Positions 9,879 to 20,780 of a DNA stretch of 64,000 nucleotides are shown piece by piece; position 1 is the stretch's first letter; each line of letters begins with the position of its first letter. The position numbers and the translations under genes were made by a program. The stretch is taken from the NCBI GenBank assembly GCA_028820695.1, contig JAPPIB010000050.1, positions 145,683 to 209,682 of the forward strand, given 5' to 3'. A model generated the notes under the pieces. It saw only the letters and a program-made list of their open reading frames with translations. It had not been told where the DNA came from and did no database searches. Origin of the DNA: Acidiferrobacterales bacterium. GTDB lineage: Bacteria; Pseudomonadota; Gammaproteobacteria; Arenicellales; JAJDZL01.

Positions 9879-12380
9879 ATGACTGACGAATATATCCCCG
9901 AGCAGGTAGAAACTTCGGCCCAGAATTTCTGGTCCGACAATCGGAGTTTTGAGGTGACAGAAGATCCCGGCCGGGAGAAATTCTATTGCCTCAGCATGTT
10001 CCCGTATCCCTCCGGCGCATTGCACATGGGGCATGTTCGAAATTATTCGATCGGCGATGCAATGAGTCGATACCAGAGGATGCTCGGCAAGAATGTCCTT
10101 CAGCCGATGGGGTGGGATGCTTTCGGGCTTCCGGCGGAAAATGCCGCAATTGCCAAGGGTGTGCCCGCGGCCCGCTGGACCTACGAAAATATCGCCGATA
10201 TGAAACGGCAGCTCAAGCGACTGGGATTCGCTTATGACTGGTCCCGTGAACTTGCAACCTGCAAACCCGAATACTATCGCTGGGAACAATGGTTTTTCAC
10301 GCGCTTGATCGAAAAGAATCTTGCCTATCGCAAGATGGCGATCGTGAATTGGGATCCCGTTGAGCAGACCGTATTGGCGAACGAGCAGGTGGACAGCACC
10401 GGACGGGGGTGGCGCTCGGGCGCGTTGGTCGAAAGAAGGGAGATCCCCCAGTGGTTTATTCGCATCACGGCTTATGCCGACGAACTGCTGGATGAACTGG
10501 ACAATATGCCCGGCTGGCCGGAATCGGTCAAGACCATGCAGAGAAACTGGATTGGTCGCTCAGAGGGTGTTGAGTTTGATATCGAGGTTGAGGACGGACA
10601 CCCGCCGATGCGTGTTTTCACGACCCGGCCCGACACTGTCATGGGGATAACCTACACTGCGATTGCACCGGAATATCCGCTGGCACAGCACTTTGCCAAA
10701 TTAGATTCCGACGTTGCGAAGTTCATCGAGTCGTGTAAGAAATACAACACCTCGGAAGCCGCCATGGAAACCATGGAAAAGGTCGGCATGCGGCTGCCGA
10801 TCAGCGCGATTCATCCGGTCAGCGGCGAGAGAATTCCGATATTCATCGCCAACTTCGTGCTGATCACCTACGGAACCGGTGCCATCATGGCAGTTCCGGG
10901 ACATGATCAACGCGATTGGGAGTTCGCCCGCAAGTACGATCTGGATATTCGAAAAGTTGTACGACCGGCCAGAGGTGATGTGGATCTCGATCAAGGGGCC
11001 TATGTGGACAAGGTGAATACCGAATCGTGCAACTCAGGACAGTTTGATGGCCTTGACTTTGAAGGCTGTTTTGATTCGACCGCTGATTTCCTTACGCACC
11101 ATGCCAATGGTGAGCGCAAGATCAATTATCGCCTCAGGGACTGGGGAGTATCCAGACAGCGATATTGGGGCTGTCCCGTTCCAGTGATCTATGACTCCGA
11201 CGGCAACCCTCATGCGGTGCCGGACGAGGATCTTCCAGTCGTATTGCCGGAGGACGTCGAGTTCAAGGGTGTACAGTCACCCATCCGGGACGATCCGGCG
11301 TTTTTGGACGCTGAGGTGCCGGGAACAGATCTTCAGGGCCGGCGCGAGACAGATACTTTTGATACGTTCGTCGAATCGTCGTGGTATTTTGCCAGATTCT
11401 GCACTCCCGGTGTTGAATCCAAGGTTGACCACCGTGCGAACTACTGGCTGCCGGTGGATCATTACATTGGTGGCATCGAGCACGCGGTATTGCATCTTCT
11501 CTATGCGAGGATGTATCACAAAATGATGCGCGATCTTGGACTGCTTGATTCCGATGAGCCCTTTACCAATCTGCTGACACAGGGCATGGTTCTGAAAGAT
11601 GGATCAAAGATGTCGAAGTCCGTCGGCAATGTGGTCGATCCGCAACAGATGATTGACCGATTCGGTGCCGACAGTGTGCGGCTGTTCATACTGTTTGCAT
11701 CACCGCCGCATCAGACTCTGGAATGGAATGATGAGGCATTGGGCGGCGCCTATCGGTTTCTGAATCGTTTGTGGAACCTCGTCATCAGATTTCAGGAATC
11801 CATCACAGGCATCTGCAAACCCGATGGCCGCAGCAGCCTTGACGACTTTGACTGGGCTCATGGAATCAAAGATGATGCAGTCAGGGAACTGAGGCTGCGT
11901 ACCCATCAGCTGCTGCAGCGAATCAGCTACGACTTCAATCGGCATCAATACAATACTGCGATCGCTGCCTGCATGGAAATTGTAAACGTGGTTTCGACGT
12001 TTGATTCGGACCACTCAACATCTGAGTCGACCGATCGGCTAAGGGCGGTCGCAGAAGCAATATTCGTATTGTTGCGCGTGCTGTCACCCATAGCGCCGCA
12101 CATCTGCCATGAATTATGGGTTCGTCTGGGAATATCCGAACCGTTGATTGACGCGCCGTGGCCGCAAGTCGACAGTACTGCCTTGGTACAGTCGGCAATT
12201 ACGGTGCCGGTACAGGTCAATGGTCGGCTTCGCGGTCAGATTGAAATCAGTGTCGAGGCATCGGATGAGCAGATCTCGGCCATCGCGCTTGACAATGCCG
12301 GCGTACAAAGACATGTCGGCGACAAGCCGGTTCGTAGGATAATTATTGTTCCACAGAAGATGGTCAATGTAATCATATGA
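9879..12380 (+). CDS. leuS: leucine--tRNA ligase
   Basis: Class I signatures PYPSGALHMGHVRNY (HIGH) and KMSKSVGN (KMSKS), an 833-aa length and a typical LeuS N-terminus (EQVETSAQNFW). Confidence 0.97.
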   Translation: MTDEYIPEQVETSAQNFWSDNRSFEVTEDPGREKFYCLSMFPYPSGALHMGHVRNYSIGDAMSRYQRMLGKNVLQPMGWDAFGLPAENAAIAKGVPAARWTYENIADMKRQLKRLGFAYDWSRELATCKPEYYRWEQWFFTRLIEKNLAYRKMAIVNWDPVEQTVLANEQVDSTGRGWRSGALVERREIPQWFIRITAYADELLDELDNMPGWPESVKTMQRNWIGRSEGVEFDIEVEDGHPPMRVFTTRPDTVMGITYTAIAPEYPLAQHFAKLDSDVAKFIESCKKYNTSEAAMETMEKVGMRLPISAIHPVSGERIPIFIANFVLITYGTGAIMAVPGHDQRDWEFARKYDLDIRKVVRPARGDVDLDQGAYVDKVNTESCNSGQFDGLDFEGCFDSTADFLTHHANGERKINYRLRDWGVSRQRYWGCPVPVIYDSDGNPHAVPDEDLPVVLPEDVEFKGVQSPIRDDPAFLDAEVPGTDLQGRRETDTFDTFVESSWYFARFCTPGVESKVDHRANYWLPVDHYIGGIEHAVLHLLYARMYHKMMRDLGLLDSDEPFTNLLTQGMVLKDGSKMSKSVGNVVDPQQMIDRFGADSVRLFILFASPPHQTLEWNDEALGGAYRFLNRLWNLVIRFQESITGICKPDGRSSLDDFDWAHGIKDDAVRELRLRTHQLLQRISYDFNRHQYNTAIAACMEIVNVVSTFDSDHSTSESTDRLRAVAEAIFVLLRVLSPIAPHICHELWVRLGISEPLIDAPWPQVDSTALVQSAITVPVQVNGRLRGQIEISVEASDEQISAIALDNAGVQRHVGDKPVRRIIIVPQKMVNVII

Positions 12381-12898
12381 GGTCGAGTATGAAATCCCTT
12401 ACGAAGTTATTGGTATTGGTACTTGCAGGCTTGCTGGTGTCAGGTTGCGGATTTCAATTGCGCGGTTCGGACGGTTCCTCGTCGACAATGTCGGTCAACT
12501 ATGACTATTCCATAACCATTCGGACAGCCAATCCGGAATTTCGCTTGAAGCTGGCCGAGAGTTTGGCCGGGCTTGAATTCAACGTTGTCGGATACGATGG
12601 CGACTATCTCGTAGAAGTTTTCGACGAGCAATACACCGAAGACGATTTCGAGGATGTCGACGATAGCCTGACATTGAATATCAAGACTCTGGAATATTCG
12701 ATCCAATTCCGCCTGAAGGAACCTGGCCAGGATGAGATGATGGTCTCCCAGACAATAGAACTGAGGCTTGACTACTCGAACTTCGGTGACAAGGAGGTAG
12801 CCCGTGACGTCACGACCAAGGATGCCTTGCGACGATCCCGTGAGAAAGCCGCACAACTGCTTGCCCATCGTCTGGTAGCAATAATTCAGGGTCAATAA
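12377..12898 (+). CDS. lptE: LPS-assembly lipoprotein LptE
   Basis: Lipobox and signature LLVSGCGFQLRG. Size and position directly after leuS (4-nt overlap) and before holA match the conserved leuS-lptE-holA order. Confidence 0.8.
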   Translation: MRSSMKSLTKLLVLVLAGLLVSGCGFQLRGSDGSSSTMSVNYDYSITIRTANPEFRLKLAESLAGLEFNVVGYDGDYLVEVFDEQYTEDDFEDVDDSLTLNIKTLEYSIQFRLKEPGQDEMMVSQTIELRLDYSNFGDKEVARDVTTKDALRRSREKAAQLLAHRLVAIIQGQ

Positions 12899-12918
12899 GG
12901 GCGCAGGCTACCGTTGCC

Positions 12919-13980
12919 ATGCTAATGGATAGAGCTGAACTCGCCCGCCGGCTCAAGGAAAAAGTTGATTTCCGGTATTTCATCTTTGGCAAGGAGCTTT
13001 TTCTGGTCGAGCGATGTTGCAGTATCATCCGGGAGCATGCAAAAGAGCAGGGCTACTCGGAAAGGATCGTGATGACTGCCAACGCGGACTTTGACTGGCA
13101 GTTGCTCAATGACTATCTCACCGAGCAGTCGCTTTTCGCATCAAGAAAACTCATTGAGTTAAGGCTCCCTGCCAGCGGGAGGCCAGGCCAACAGGGTGCG
13201 GCGGCCCTGACCGCTTGCCTGGACAATCAGAATTCAGACGCAATGGTGCTGGTGATCGGCGGAGCAATTGATTCCAGCGCCCGCAGTTCCAAATGGTTCA
13301 AGCAGTGCGTTCAAGAGGCCACCGCAGTCGATAACCGCGAATTGAACTTCAGGGAATTTCAGGAGTGGATCAAAAGCTTTTTTGACCGCAACGGGTTCAC
13401 TTACGACCGCGAGGTGATCAGCCGGTTTGCCTATTACTTCGAAGGCAACATGCTGGCTGCCGCCAACGAAATGCGCAAACTTAAACTCAGCCATGACGAA
13501 AGCCGCCTGACACTTGAGAGATTCGAGCAGATGGTTGTTGACCAGGCGAGGTTCAATGTGTTCTCGCTCACTGATGCCTGTCTGGCCGGTGATTCCGCAC
13601 GGGGCGTTCGCCTGCTGCATAGCCTGAAGACAGAGGGAGTCGAACCTGTGGTGGTGCTGATGACAATGGCTCGGGAAGCAAGAATTGTCTACAAGATTGC
13701 AGTTGCGACTGACCGGCGATTGCCATTGGCGCAGATATTCAAGGAATTGCGAATTTGGAAGTCTCGGGAAAATCTGATTCGTGAAGCTGCAGGAAGACTC
13801 GGCGTCGGCGGCAGTGCGAGGTGCCTGCGTCGGTTGGCACGGGTCGACCGCATTGTGAAGGGTCGCGACGATCCGCCGGTCGGCGGCAGCATCTGGTATG
13901 AGTTCGAGAGAATCATTCTCGAAATGTGCCGTTCGCGGGCGAAGCCAACTGCACCTGCAAGATTTGCCAGGGTTCGCTGA
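12919..13980 (+). CDS. holA: DNA polymerase III subunit delta
   Basis: 353 aa in the conserved position after lptE, with delta-subunit-like organisation (FIFGKELFLVERC..., LRLP...GAAAL, NVFSLTDA). Confidence 0.8.
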   Translation: MLMDRAELARRLKEKVDFRYFIFGKELFLVERCCSIIREHAKEQGYSERIVMTANADFDWQLLNDYLTEQSLFASRKLIELRLPASGRPGQQGAAALTACLDNQNSDAMVLVIGGAIDSSARSSKWFKQCVQEATAVDNRELNFREFQEWIKSFFDRNGFTYDREVISRFAYYFEGNMLAAANEMRKLKLSHDESRLTLERFEQMVVDQARFNVFSLTDACLAGDSARGVRLLHSLKTEGVEPVVVLMTMAREARIVYKIAVATDRRLPLAQIFKELRIWKSRENLIREAAGRLGVGGSARCLRRLARVDRIVKGRDDPPVGGSIWYEFERIILEMCRSRAKPTAPARFARVR

Positions 13981-14377
13981 CGTCAATTCCAAAGCGCGTG
14001 AGGATGCGAGCGCGTCCTGATTCCGGAAAATTCATCGTGACGGCTGCGACGCAATTCATTTCGCTGCAAAGTCCCCGGCCGACGGGATCATCTGACCGGA
14101 ATCGGCACAACAGCACTTCAAGCGCCCCTTCCGGTTCTCTGAAGTCCGTCGCAACGAAAGTGCCTCGACATTTAACATTGACTAGACTGAATTGTTGCGT
14201 ACAATTGAATCATGTGCACTGGATCGGCGAACGTGACATCAGCGGCATTGATACGTCCGGAAATTTCAGTCAGAATCCAGGTCCGACACGGATCGGATCG
14301 AATGCGTCGCGTATGGAATAGCACTTTTCCTGCATTAATCCCCGACCCGTGCTGAACACCAGCCAGTAGGAATTGCA

Positions 14378-15658
14378 TTGAACACCCAGTTACAACAGGA
14401 ATTTGATGTCGGTACCTATGTGACCCTGTTGGCATCGGCTGCGCGAGCGGCATCCTATGGACTTGCCCGCTCTTCGACCGATCAGCGCAATCACGCGTTG
14501 TTGACTGCCGCGAAGTCAATCGAATCCAGTTCAATCAGCATTCAGAAGGCCAACCAGATTGATCTCGGACTCGGTCGCGACAAAAATCTGTCCGATGCGA
14601 TGCTGGACCGCCTGGAACTGACAGATTCCAGAATCAAGGCGATGGCCGATGGGTTGAGGCAGACGGCACAGTTGCCGGACCCGGTGGGTGAAATTTCCGG
14701 AATCATCCAACGTCCGTCAGGTATTCGGGTAGGGCGCATGCGCGTACCGCTGGGTGTCATCGGTATCATCTACGAGTCCCGTCCGAACGTGACAGCAGAC
14801 GCAGGCGCGCTGTGCCTCAAGTCGGGTAACGCAGTAATACTCCGGGGAGGTTCTGAAGCATTCAACTCCAATCGTGCGATCGTTTCGTGCTTGCGTTCCG
14901 GACTTGAGTCAGGCGGGCTCAATGCTGATGCGCTCCAGTACGTCGAAACGACGAACAGAAGCGCAATCGACGAAATGGTGACGCTGCACCAATTCATTGA
15001 TGTGATTGTCCCCCGGGGTGGCAAGGGATTGATTGAGAGGATCGCGGCCCGGTCCGCAATTCCGGTGCTCAAGCATCTTGATGGGGTTTGCCATGTCTAT
15101 GTTGACGATGACGCTGATATGGACAAGGCAGTTCCAATTGTGATGAATTCAAAAACCCATCGATACGGTGTCTGCAATGCCATTGAGACTCTTCTCGTGT
15201 CCGAGCGGGTTGCAAACGACCTATTGTCCCGGGTGGTTCCGATGCTGACTGAAAAGGGTGTTGAACTGCGTGGTTGCGAGAACAGCCGCCGCTTGTTTCC
15301 GCAAATGCTGGCGGCGAATGAAAATGACTGGTACGAAGAGTATCTGGCACCGATTTTGGCGGTCCGGATCGTCGATGGCCTGGATCAGGCGATCGATCAT
15401 ATCCGGAAGTATGGCTCCGAACACACCGACTCGATCGTGACAGAAAGTATCGTTCATGCTGAACGTTTTCTCAGGGAAGTGGACTCAAGTTCGGTCATGG
15501 TCAATGCCTCGACACGGTTTGCAGACGGTTTCGAATACGGACTCGGCGCTGAGATCGGAATCAGTACCAACAAGCTCCACGCCCGCGGGCCGGTAGGACT
15601 TGAAGGACTTACCATGCAGAAATTTGTCGTATATGGAGACGGCACAATCAGAGAATAG
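14378..15658 (+). CDS. proA: glutamate-5-semialdehyde dehydrogenase
   Basis: [27 protein letters not shown] and [10 protein letters not shown] (catalytic Cys context) are ProA hallmarks. The first in-frame start is TTG. Confidence 0.93.
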   Translation: MNTQLQQEFDVGTYVTLLASAARAASYGLARSSTDQRNHALLTAAKSIESSSISIQKANQIDLGLGRDKNLSDAMLDRLELTDSRIKAMADGLRQTAQLPDPVGEISGIIQRPSGIRVGRMRVPLGVIGIIYESRPNVTADAGALCLKSGNAVILRGGSEAFNSNRAIVSCLRSGLESGGLNADALQYVETTNRSAIDEMVTLHQFIDVIVPRGGKGLIERIAARSAIPVLKHLDGVCHVYVDDDADMDKAVPIVMNSKTHRYGVCNAIETLLVSERVANDLLSRVVPMLTEKGVELRGCENSRRLFPQMLAANENDWYEEYLAPILAVRIVDGLDQAIDHIRKYGSEHTDSIVTESIVHAERFLREVDSSSVMVNASTRFADGFEYGLGAEIGISTNKLHARGPVGLEGLTMQKFVVYGDGTIRE

Positions 15659-15735
15659 ATCTTGATCTTTGCCCCTATCTTCACCGACCTGTGTAATCAG
15701 GCTGTCGTCCGAGTCGGAGCCGATGACGAAGTATC

Positions 15736-16386
15736 GTGCAGATGAAACCGATCGGAGTATTCGGTGGCACCTTTGATCCGATACATTTTGGTCATATAAG
15801 ACCAATGCTGGAGATCCGCGAATCTACGGGAATTTCTCAGGTTCATTACATTCCGAATTCCCGTCCCGGACACCGCGATCAGCCTCAGACAGCATCCATC
15901 CATCGTTGGAACATGATGGTTCTGGCACTTGACAGTCGCCCCGACTTCGTTGCCGATGACCGGGAACTGCGACGGGCCGGAATGTCATATATGGTGACGA
16001 CTCTGCGTTCGCTGCGAAGTGAATTCGCGTTGCGTCCACTATGTCTGATTCTGGGAATGGATGCATTCCTGCATATCCATCGCTGGTACTGGTGGGCGGA
16101 TGTCCTGAAACTCGCGAACATCATCGTAATGAATCGTCCGGGTGCGGATTTTCCGAATCAACTTCCCGGATGGTGGCTGCAGGCGCTGGAGTTCAATCCC
16201 TGGATACTGCACAGGAAAATGTCGGGGTGCATACTTCACGTTGCCGTGGAACGGGTGAACATATCCGCCACCGAGTTGAGAAGCAGGATTGCGCGGGGAG
16301 ACGACTGCTCTGAGTCGCTGCCAGAATCTGTGTACGAATACATCAACAAGCACAATCTCTACCAAAGTACAGGAGGAACACCATAG
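15736..16386 (+). CDS. nadD: nicotinate-nucleotide adenylyltransferase
   Basis: IGVFGGTFDPIHFGH (the (H/T)xGH nucleotidyltransferase motif) and ISATELRSRI (ISSTxxR motif), in the proA-nadD-rsfS order. Confidence 0.92.
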   Translation: MQMKPIGVFGGTFDPIHFGHIRPMLEIRESTGISQVHYIPNSRPGHRDQPQTASIHRWNMMVLALDSRPDFVADDRELRRAGMSYMVTTLRSLRSEFALRPLCLILGMDAFLHIHRWYWWADVLKLANIIVMNRPGADFPNQLPGWWLQALEFNPWILHRKMSGCILHVAVERVNISATELRSRIARGDDCSESLPESVYEYINKHNLYQSTGGTP

Positions 16387-16752
16387 TTGAAGTCCAATCC
16401 AATTCTTGAGGCGATCATGGAAGCGATCGGGAACGCAAAGGGACTGAACATCAGCGTCCTTGACGTTCAGGAAATGACAGATATTTCCGATCACATGATC
16501 ATCGTTACCGGCTCTTCAAATCGCCATGTCAAGGCGATTATGAACACTGTTGTCGACGAATTACGCGAGTTCCGATCCAAGCCGATTGGAATTGAGGGTG
16601 AGCAGTACGCACAGTGGATTCTTTTGGATTACGGCGATGTGCTGGTGCACATCATGACCGCCGAGACTCGCGAATTCTATAACCTGGAACGTTTGTGGAA
16701 ACACACACTGAAAGTTCCGTACGGCGAGAAGGTCGGGGTAGCGTCAAAGTGA
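16387..16752 (+). CDS. rsfS: ribosome silencing factor RsfS
   Basis: LDVQEMTDISDHMIIVTGSSNRHVKAI ... WILLDYGDVLVHIM...REFYNLERLW is the RsfS/iojap signature. The gene starts (TTG) directly after the nadD stop. Confidence 0.9.
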   Translation: MKSNPILEAIMEAIGNAKGLNISVLDVQEMTDISDHMIIVTGSSNRHVKAIMNTVVDELREFRSKPIGIEGEQYAQWILLDYGDVLVHIMTAETREFYNLERLWKHTLKVPYGEKVGVASK

Positions 16753-16796
16753 TTGACTGAAACGCTCAGGCATCCCATGTGAGTGAGGCCTCAACG

Positions 16797-17456
16797 ATGA
16801 GTTGCAAGATTTTTCTGGCATCCAGTTCGCCCCAGCGACGTCGTATCCTTACAGCACTCGGATTCAGATTCTCGATCATTCATCCGCAGATCGACGAGTC
16901 AGTGACAGAAAATGAGACACCGCGCGAATATGTAACTCGACTCGCGGTTGACAAAGTGCGAAAAGGATTGACCCTGTTGCCCGACGGCACGAAAGATGCC
17001 ATCGTTATTGGCGCGGACACCTGCGTCGCGATCGACGATTGCATTTTTGGGAAGCCTTGTCACCGGGAAGAGGCGCGGGACATGCTGCAGAAACTGTCGG
17101 ACCGCGTACACGAGGTTCATTCGGCGGTGGCAGTGAGTCGCGGTACGCATGAGCAGTCCATGTGCGATTCGACCAGGGTTCATTTCGTCAGGCTGTCACA
17201 ACAGCAACTGACTAGATACTTGCGGGATGGTGAGTACGAGAATCGAGCGGGTGCGTATGCCATTCAGGGCCAGGCCGCACAGTTCGTCTCTCGACTCGAT
17301 GGATCATACAGCAGTGTTATCGGATTACCCGTGTCGCTGACCATGCAGCTTCTGAAAAATGTCGGTATGCCGGTACCCGATGAACAGTTCGCCAACACAG
17401 ATTTGCAGAAAGAATTCCCTCTCACGCGGTCATGGGGTGGTGAGTATTGCATCTGA
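16797..17456 (+). CDS. maf: Maf family nucleoside triphosphate pyrophosphatase
   Basis: IFLASSSPQRRRIL, GADTCVAIDD.IFGKP and AGAYAIQG...V.RLDGSYSSVIGLP are Maf motifs. The ATG at 16797 (codon 7 of ORF 16779) gives the canonical N-terminus. Confidence 0.88.
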   Translation: MSCKIFLASSSPQRRRILTALGFRFSIIHPQIDESVTENETPREYVTRLAVDKVRKGLTLLPDGTKDAIVIGADTCVAIDDCIFGKPCHREEARDMLQKLSDRVHEVHSAVAVSRGTHEQSMCDSTRVHFVRLSQQQLTRYLRDGEYENRAGAYAIQGQAAQFVSRLDGSYSSVIGLPVSLTMQLLKNVGMPVPDEQFANTDLQKEFPLTRSWGGEYCI

Positions 17457-17508
17457 TTGTGCGTACAATACACCCTGAATGGAATTAGACGAATAGACTT
17501 CTGCGCAC

Positions 17509-20500
17509 ATGAACACCTTCCTGAACCTGTCCGGGCGGATTTCCCACAAATTGTTGGTGATATTCCTGCGAATCATCGCACTCGCGAGCAGTTTCGTTTT
17601 ATTGATCGTCCTGTGTCTGGCACTTGCTGTCACCAATGTAGATTCTTTCACACCCTGGCTGCTATCTGAAGCTGCCAGCCGTTCTGATGGTAGATTTTCA
17701 TTCGATCAGATTGATTTTTCGTTCAGGGAGTCGTTGCCGGAATTCGAAATCCACGGACTGTCCGTCACCCGTGAATTGGATGAAGGTTCAATTTTGCTGT
17801 CGGCTGATGCGGTTCAGGTCCGATTGGCGAGTCCCTTGCTCACCAGCGAGGGTGTGCAAATTGATCAGATTGGTATTGCCAACCCTTCAGTAGACGCATC
17901 AATATCGGTCGCGAGCGGCCGCAAATCCAGTGAAACGAGCGCAATGGGGGCGCTTGCACTCAATTCATTGTTCCTGTCCGCACTGCAGTCCAATGTCCGT
18001 ACGATCGACATCAGCGACGGTTCGTTCGGAGTCTTGCTGGACTCGCAGGATCTTGATGTCAGAGTACTTGGCGATTTCTCACTCGAAACCACACATACAG
18101 ACCAGGGAGTCTCGATGGTTGGTAAGGTGGAATCTGAGTTGCGCAATCAATCGGTATTCTCGTTCAGACTCGATTTGACAGAACCGGTGGACGAATCAAC
18201 GATGTCGAAGTTCGAGATCGATGTTGATTCGCTGGATGCCGCATGGTTGGCCGCAGCCTGGACAATCTCGGATGCCGGGAAGACAAAGATTGATCCGACC
18301 GCTCTGACAGCGGTGGCGGATGCACATATAAATGGGGAGATCGTGGATGGACACGTCGAATCAGTCAACTGGACTGTCGAGATGCGGGATCCGCAGCTCG
18401 ACGGTGATATTCCGGATTCGACCGAAACTATAGCGAGTATCAAGGGAAGTTGGGAGGCCGATGATACAGGTAACAGGGTCAATACGGAGTTTGAACTCGT
18501 CAACTTGGATGCTAAAAGGATTCTGGACCTGTATCCAACTGTATTTCCACCAAAGTTCTACAAACATATGTCAGAGCGACTTGATTCGTTGTGGGTGAGA
18601 CGGGCGACAGGAACCTTTGCAGGAGATCCCATGAATGCAATATTGCATAAGGATTTCGAGCAGCTGAATGTTGACGGTGATTTTCAGAACGTTAACTTCG
18701 TTTATGGAAATAAATGGCCTGCGTTACAGGATGGGAATGGAACATTCAAAGTCCGCGGCAAACGGTTGGACGTGGCGGGATCGAGTGGTGTGATTTATGG
18801 TGAGCCGATTGGCGAACTGACAGGTTATATCGAAGACTTTACAGTATCCGACCCGATTTTAAACCTGTCAGCGGAAATGGATGTACCCATGCCAATGTTG
18901 TTTGACTTTTTCGGGCCGGATGGAATTGTGTTGCCAGGCAAGACACAGGGCATTGCGGAAGGTTCCGGAACCGGCAACGTCTCACTTTCTGTGGTAGTTC
19001 CGCTAAGGCGGGGCAAGGAATATCTGATCGAGGGCGTTGCCCGACCGGGTGATATCTCTGCAGTGACCGAATATGGCCTCGAGGTATCGCAGATTCAAGG
19101 TCAGGTCAATTTCGATCGAATCGGTATCACCTCCGGAGAGCTGAGTGCCAAGGCCGTCGGAGGAGATTTCAAGACTCAATTCTACGGGTCGGGAACAAAA
19201 GGAAATTATGTTGTCCAAGGCACTGCGACTGGAAGTTCGGCAGCGGCTGAACTTGGACCGATAATCGGTTCTGCTCTTGGATCGAAACTGTCGGGTTCTT
19301 TTGAGTGGCGCGCTGATTACAGTTTTGAACCGAATGAGAACACCATCGCATTTTCGTCCCCGCTGACCGGATTGGACTCCGCATTGCCGTTTCCGTTAAA
19401 AAAAGGTCCTGGATTGCCCGTTCCGTTGCGTGCCAATATAAGAACGGTTGATGGAACTGAGCGTGAGTTCGATTTTGATCTGGCTTCAATTGTGAGTGGA
19501 AAACTGAATGCTACCTTGAGCAATCGAACCTGGAACATCCATTCGGGGTCATTGGCAATCGGTGACGCGGACCCCATCGGCACGCCGTCACCCGGTGTGC
19601 GGCTTGCCCTGTCGCTACCTGAATTGAACTATGAAGATTGGTCGAATCTTTTTGCCGATAACGAGTCGCAGTCCAAACTTCAGTTGGAGAGTCTGCAGAT
19701 TGTCAAAGCGCAGTTGGGATCAGCCATAATGGCTCGAGGACGTCGGCTCAACGGGGTCAGCGCGACGATAGAAAAGAAAGACAAGTCCTGGGCAATTGAG
19801 ATCGAATCCGATGAGGTTGCCGGAACAGCCGATTTCAGGAGTACCGATTTCCTTCAAGAGGGAGAATATCCGCATCTGACAGTTCGACTGTCCAAATGCC
19901 ATATTCCGGAAGCGCAAAGCGATCCACCAGAGCGATCAGTCAATCCACGTAACGTACCGAACCTGGACTTTTCATGTTCTGACTTGCGCTACGGCCAATA
20001 TCACTTCGGAGATAGCGTCATTCAAGCGAAGGCGACCAACGACAGCTGGCATATCGAGTCGGCTAAGTTTCAGACTCCTTCATTGTCTATCGTGGCCACC
20101 GGAGATTGGAAATACGATCAGTCGACGCGAATCGACTTCAGATTCAATTCAGCGGATCTCGGTGCGGCGATGAGTCAGCTCGGCTATCCTGGCAAGTTCG
20201 ACAGCGGTGCCATCAATCTTTCCGGATATCTGACCTGGAACGACGCCCTCACCAAGTGGCAGCCAAACCTGACATCCGGTGAAGTCGGATTCGTCGCCAA
20301 GGATGGAACCGTGGTTGACGCGGCGAACAACCCCTCCACCGCGGTCGTCGGCGTATTGAATTACGACACCTTGCTTCAGAGAATCTCTGTTGACGTGAGT
20401 GATATCCTGAAAGGCGGCATCGCATTCCATAGCATCGAAGGCAAGATGACAGTTGTCGACGGGATCATCTTGGTTGATGGTGTACGCTTGAACAGCCCTT

Positions 20501-20778
20501 CGGTCGAGATTGTCATTCAAGGCTCGACAGATTGGACAAGAAAGGAACACAGGCTCGTCGCCGGCGCCCGATCAAATGTCGGAAAGTCGCTCACAACGAT
20601 TGCCACGCTCATCAATCCCGTTCAGGGCTTGCTGACCTACCTCGCTCAGGAGTTTCTCGAGGAAATGGATGTCGAACTTTTTAAGCTGCAGTATCAAATC
20701 AGGGGACCTTGGGACGCACCGGAGGTGGAGGTGGTCAATACCCAGATACTGGCACCTGTCGACCCGGACCAATCGTAA
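17509..20778 (+). CDS. yhdP: YhdP/AsmA-like large envelope protein (TIGR02099-type)
   Basis: 1089 aa with an N-terminal TM anchor and then a long beta-rich region. The C-terminal block IEGKMTVVDGIILVDGVRLNSPSVEIVIQGSTD...YQIRGPWDAPEV is typical of YhdP. Its position between maf and nit/tldD matches the conserved gammaproteobacterial order. Confidence 0.75.
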   Translation: MNTFLNLSGRISHKLLVIFLRIIALASSFVLLIVLCLALAVTNVDSFTPWLLSEAASRSDGRFSFDQIDFSFRESLPEFEIHGLSVTRELDEGSILLSADAVQVRLASPLLTSEGVQIDQIGIANPSVDASISVASGRKSSETSAMGALALNSLFLSALQSNVRTIDISDGSFGVLLDSQDLDVRVLGDFSLETTHTDQGVSMVGKVESELRNQSVFSFRLDLTEPVDESTMSKFEIDVDSLDAAWLAAAWTISDAGKTKIDPTALTAVADAHINGEIVDGHVESVNWTVEMRDPQLDGDIPDSTETIASIKGSWEADDTGNRVNTEFELVNLDAKRILDLYPTVFPPKFYKHMSERLDSLWVRRATGTFAGDPMNAILHKDFEQLNVDGDFQNVNFVYGNKWPALQDGNGTFKVRGKRLDVAGSSGVIYGEPIGELTGYIEDFTVSDPILNLSAEMDVPMPMLFDFFGPDGIVLPGKTQGIAEGSGTGNVSLSVVVPLRRGKEYLIEGVARPGDISAVTEYGLEVSQIQGQVNFDRIGITSGELSAKAVGGDFKTQFYGSGTKGNYVVQGTATGSSAAAELGPIIGSALGSKLSGSFEWRADYSFEPNENTIAFSSPLTGLDSALPFPLKKGPGLPVPLRANIRTVDGTEREFDFDLASIVSGKLNATLSNRTWNIHSGSLAIGDADPIGTPSPGVRLALSLPELNYEDWSNLFADNESQSKLQLESLQIVKAQLGSAIMARGRRLNGVSATIEKKDKSWAIEIESDEVAGTADFRSTDFLQEGEYPHLTVRLSKCHIPEAQSDPPERSVNPRNVPNLDFSCSDLRYGQYHFGDSVIQAKATNDSWHIESAKFQTPSLSIVATGDWKYDQSTRIDFRFNSADLGAAMSQLGYPGKFDSGAINLSGYLTWNDALTKWQPNLTSGEVGFVAKDGTVVDAANNPSTAVVGVLNYDTLLQRISVDVSDILKGGIAFHSIEGKMTVVDGIILVDGVRLNSPSVEIVIQGSTDWTRKEHRLVAGARSNVGKSLTTIATLINPVQGLLTYLAQEFLEEMDVELFKLQYQIRGPWDAPEVEVVNTQILAPVDPDQS

Positions 20779-20780
20779 AG

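Noticed and set aside
13234-13992. 252-aa minus-strand ORF
   Set aside because: It is antisense to holA over its whole length. Its composition is low-complexity and His/Cys/Gln-rich, with no motif. holA fits the conserved synteny.
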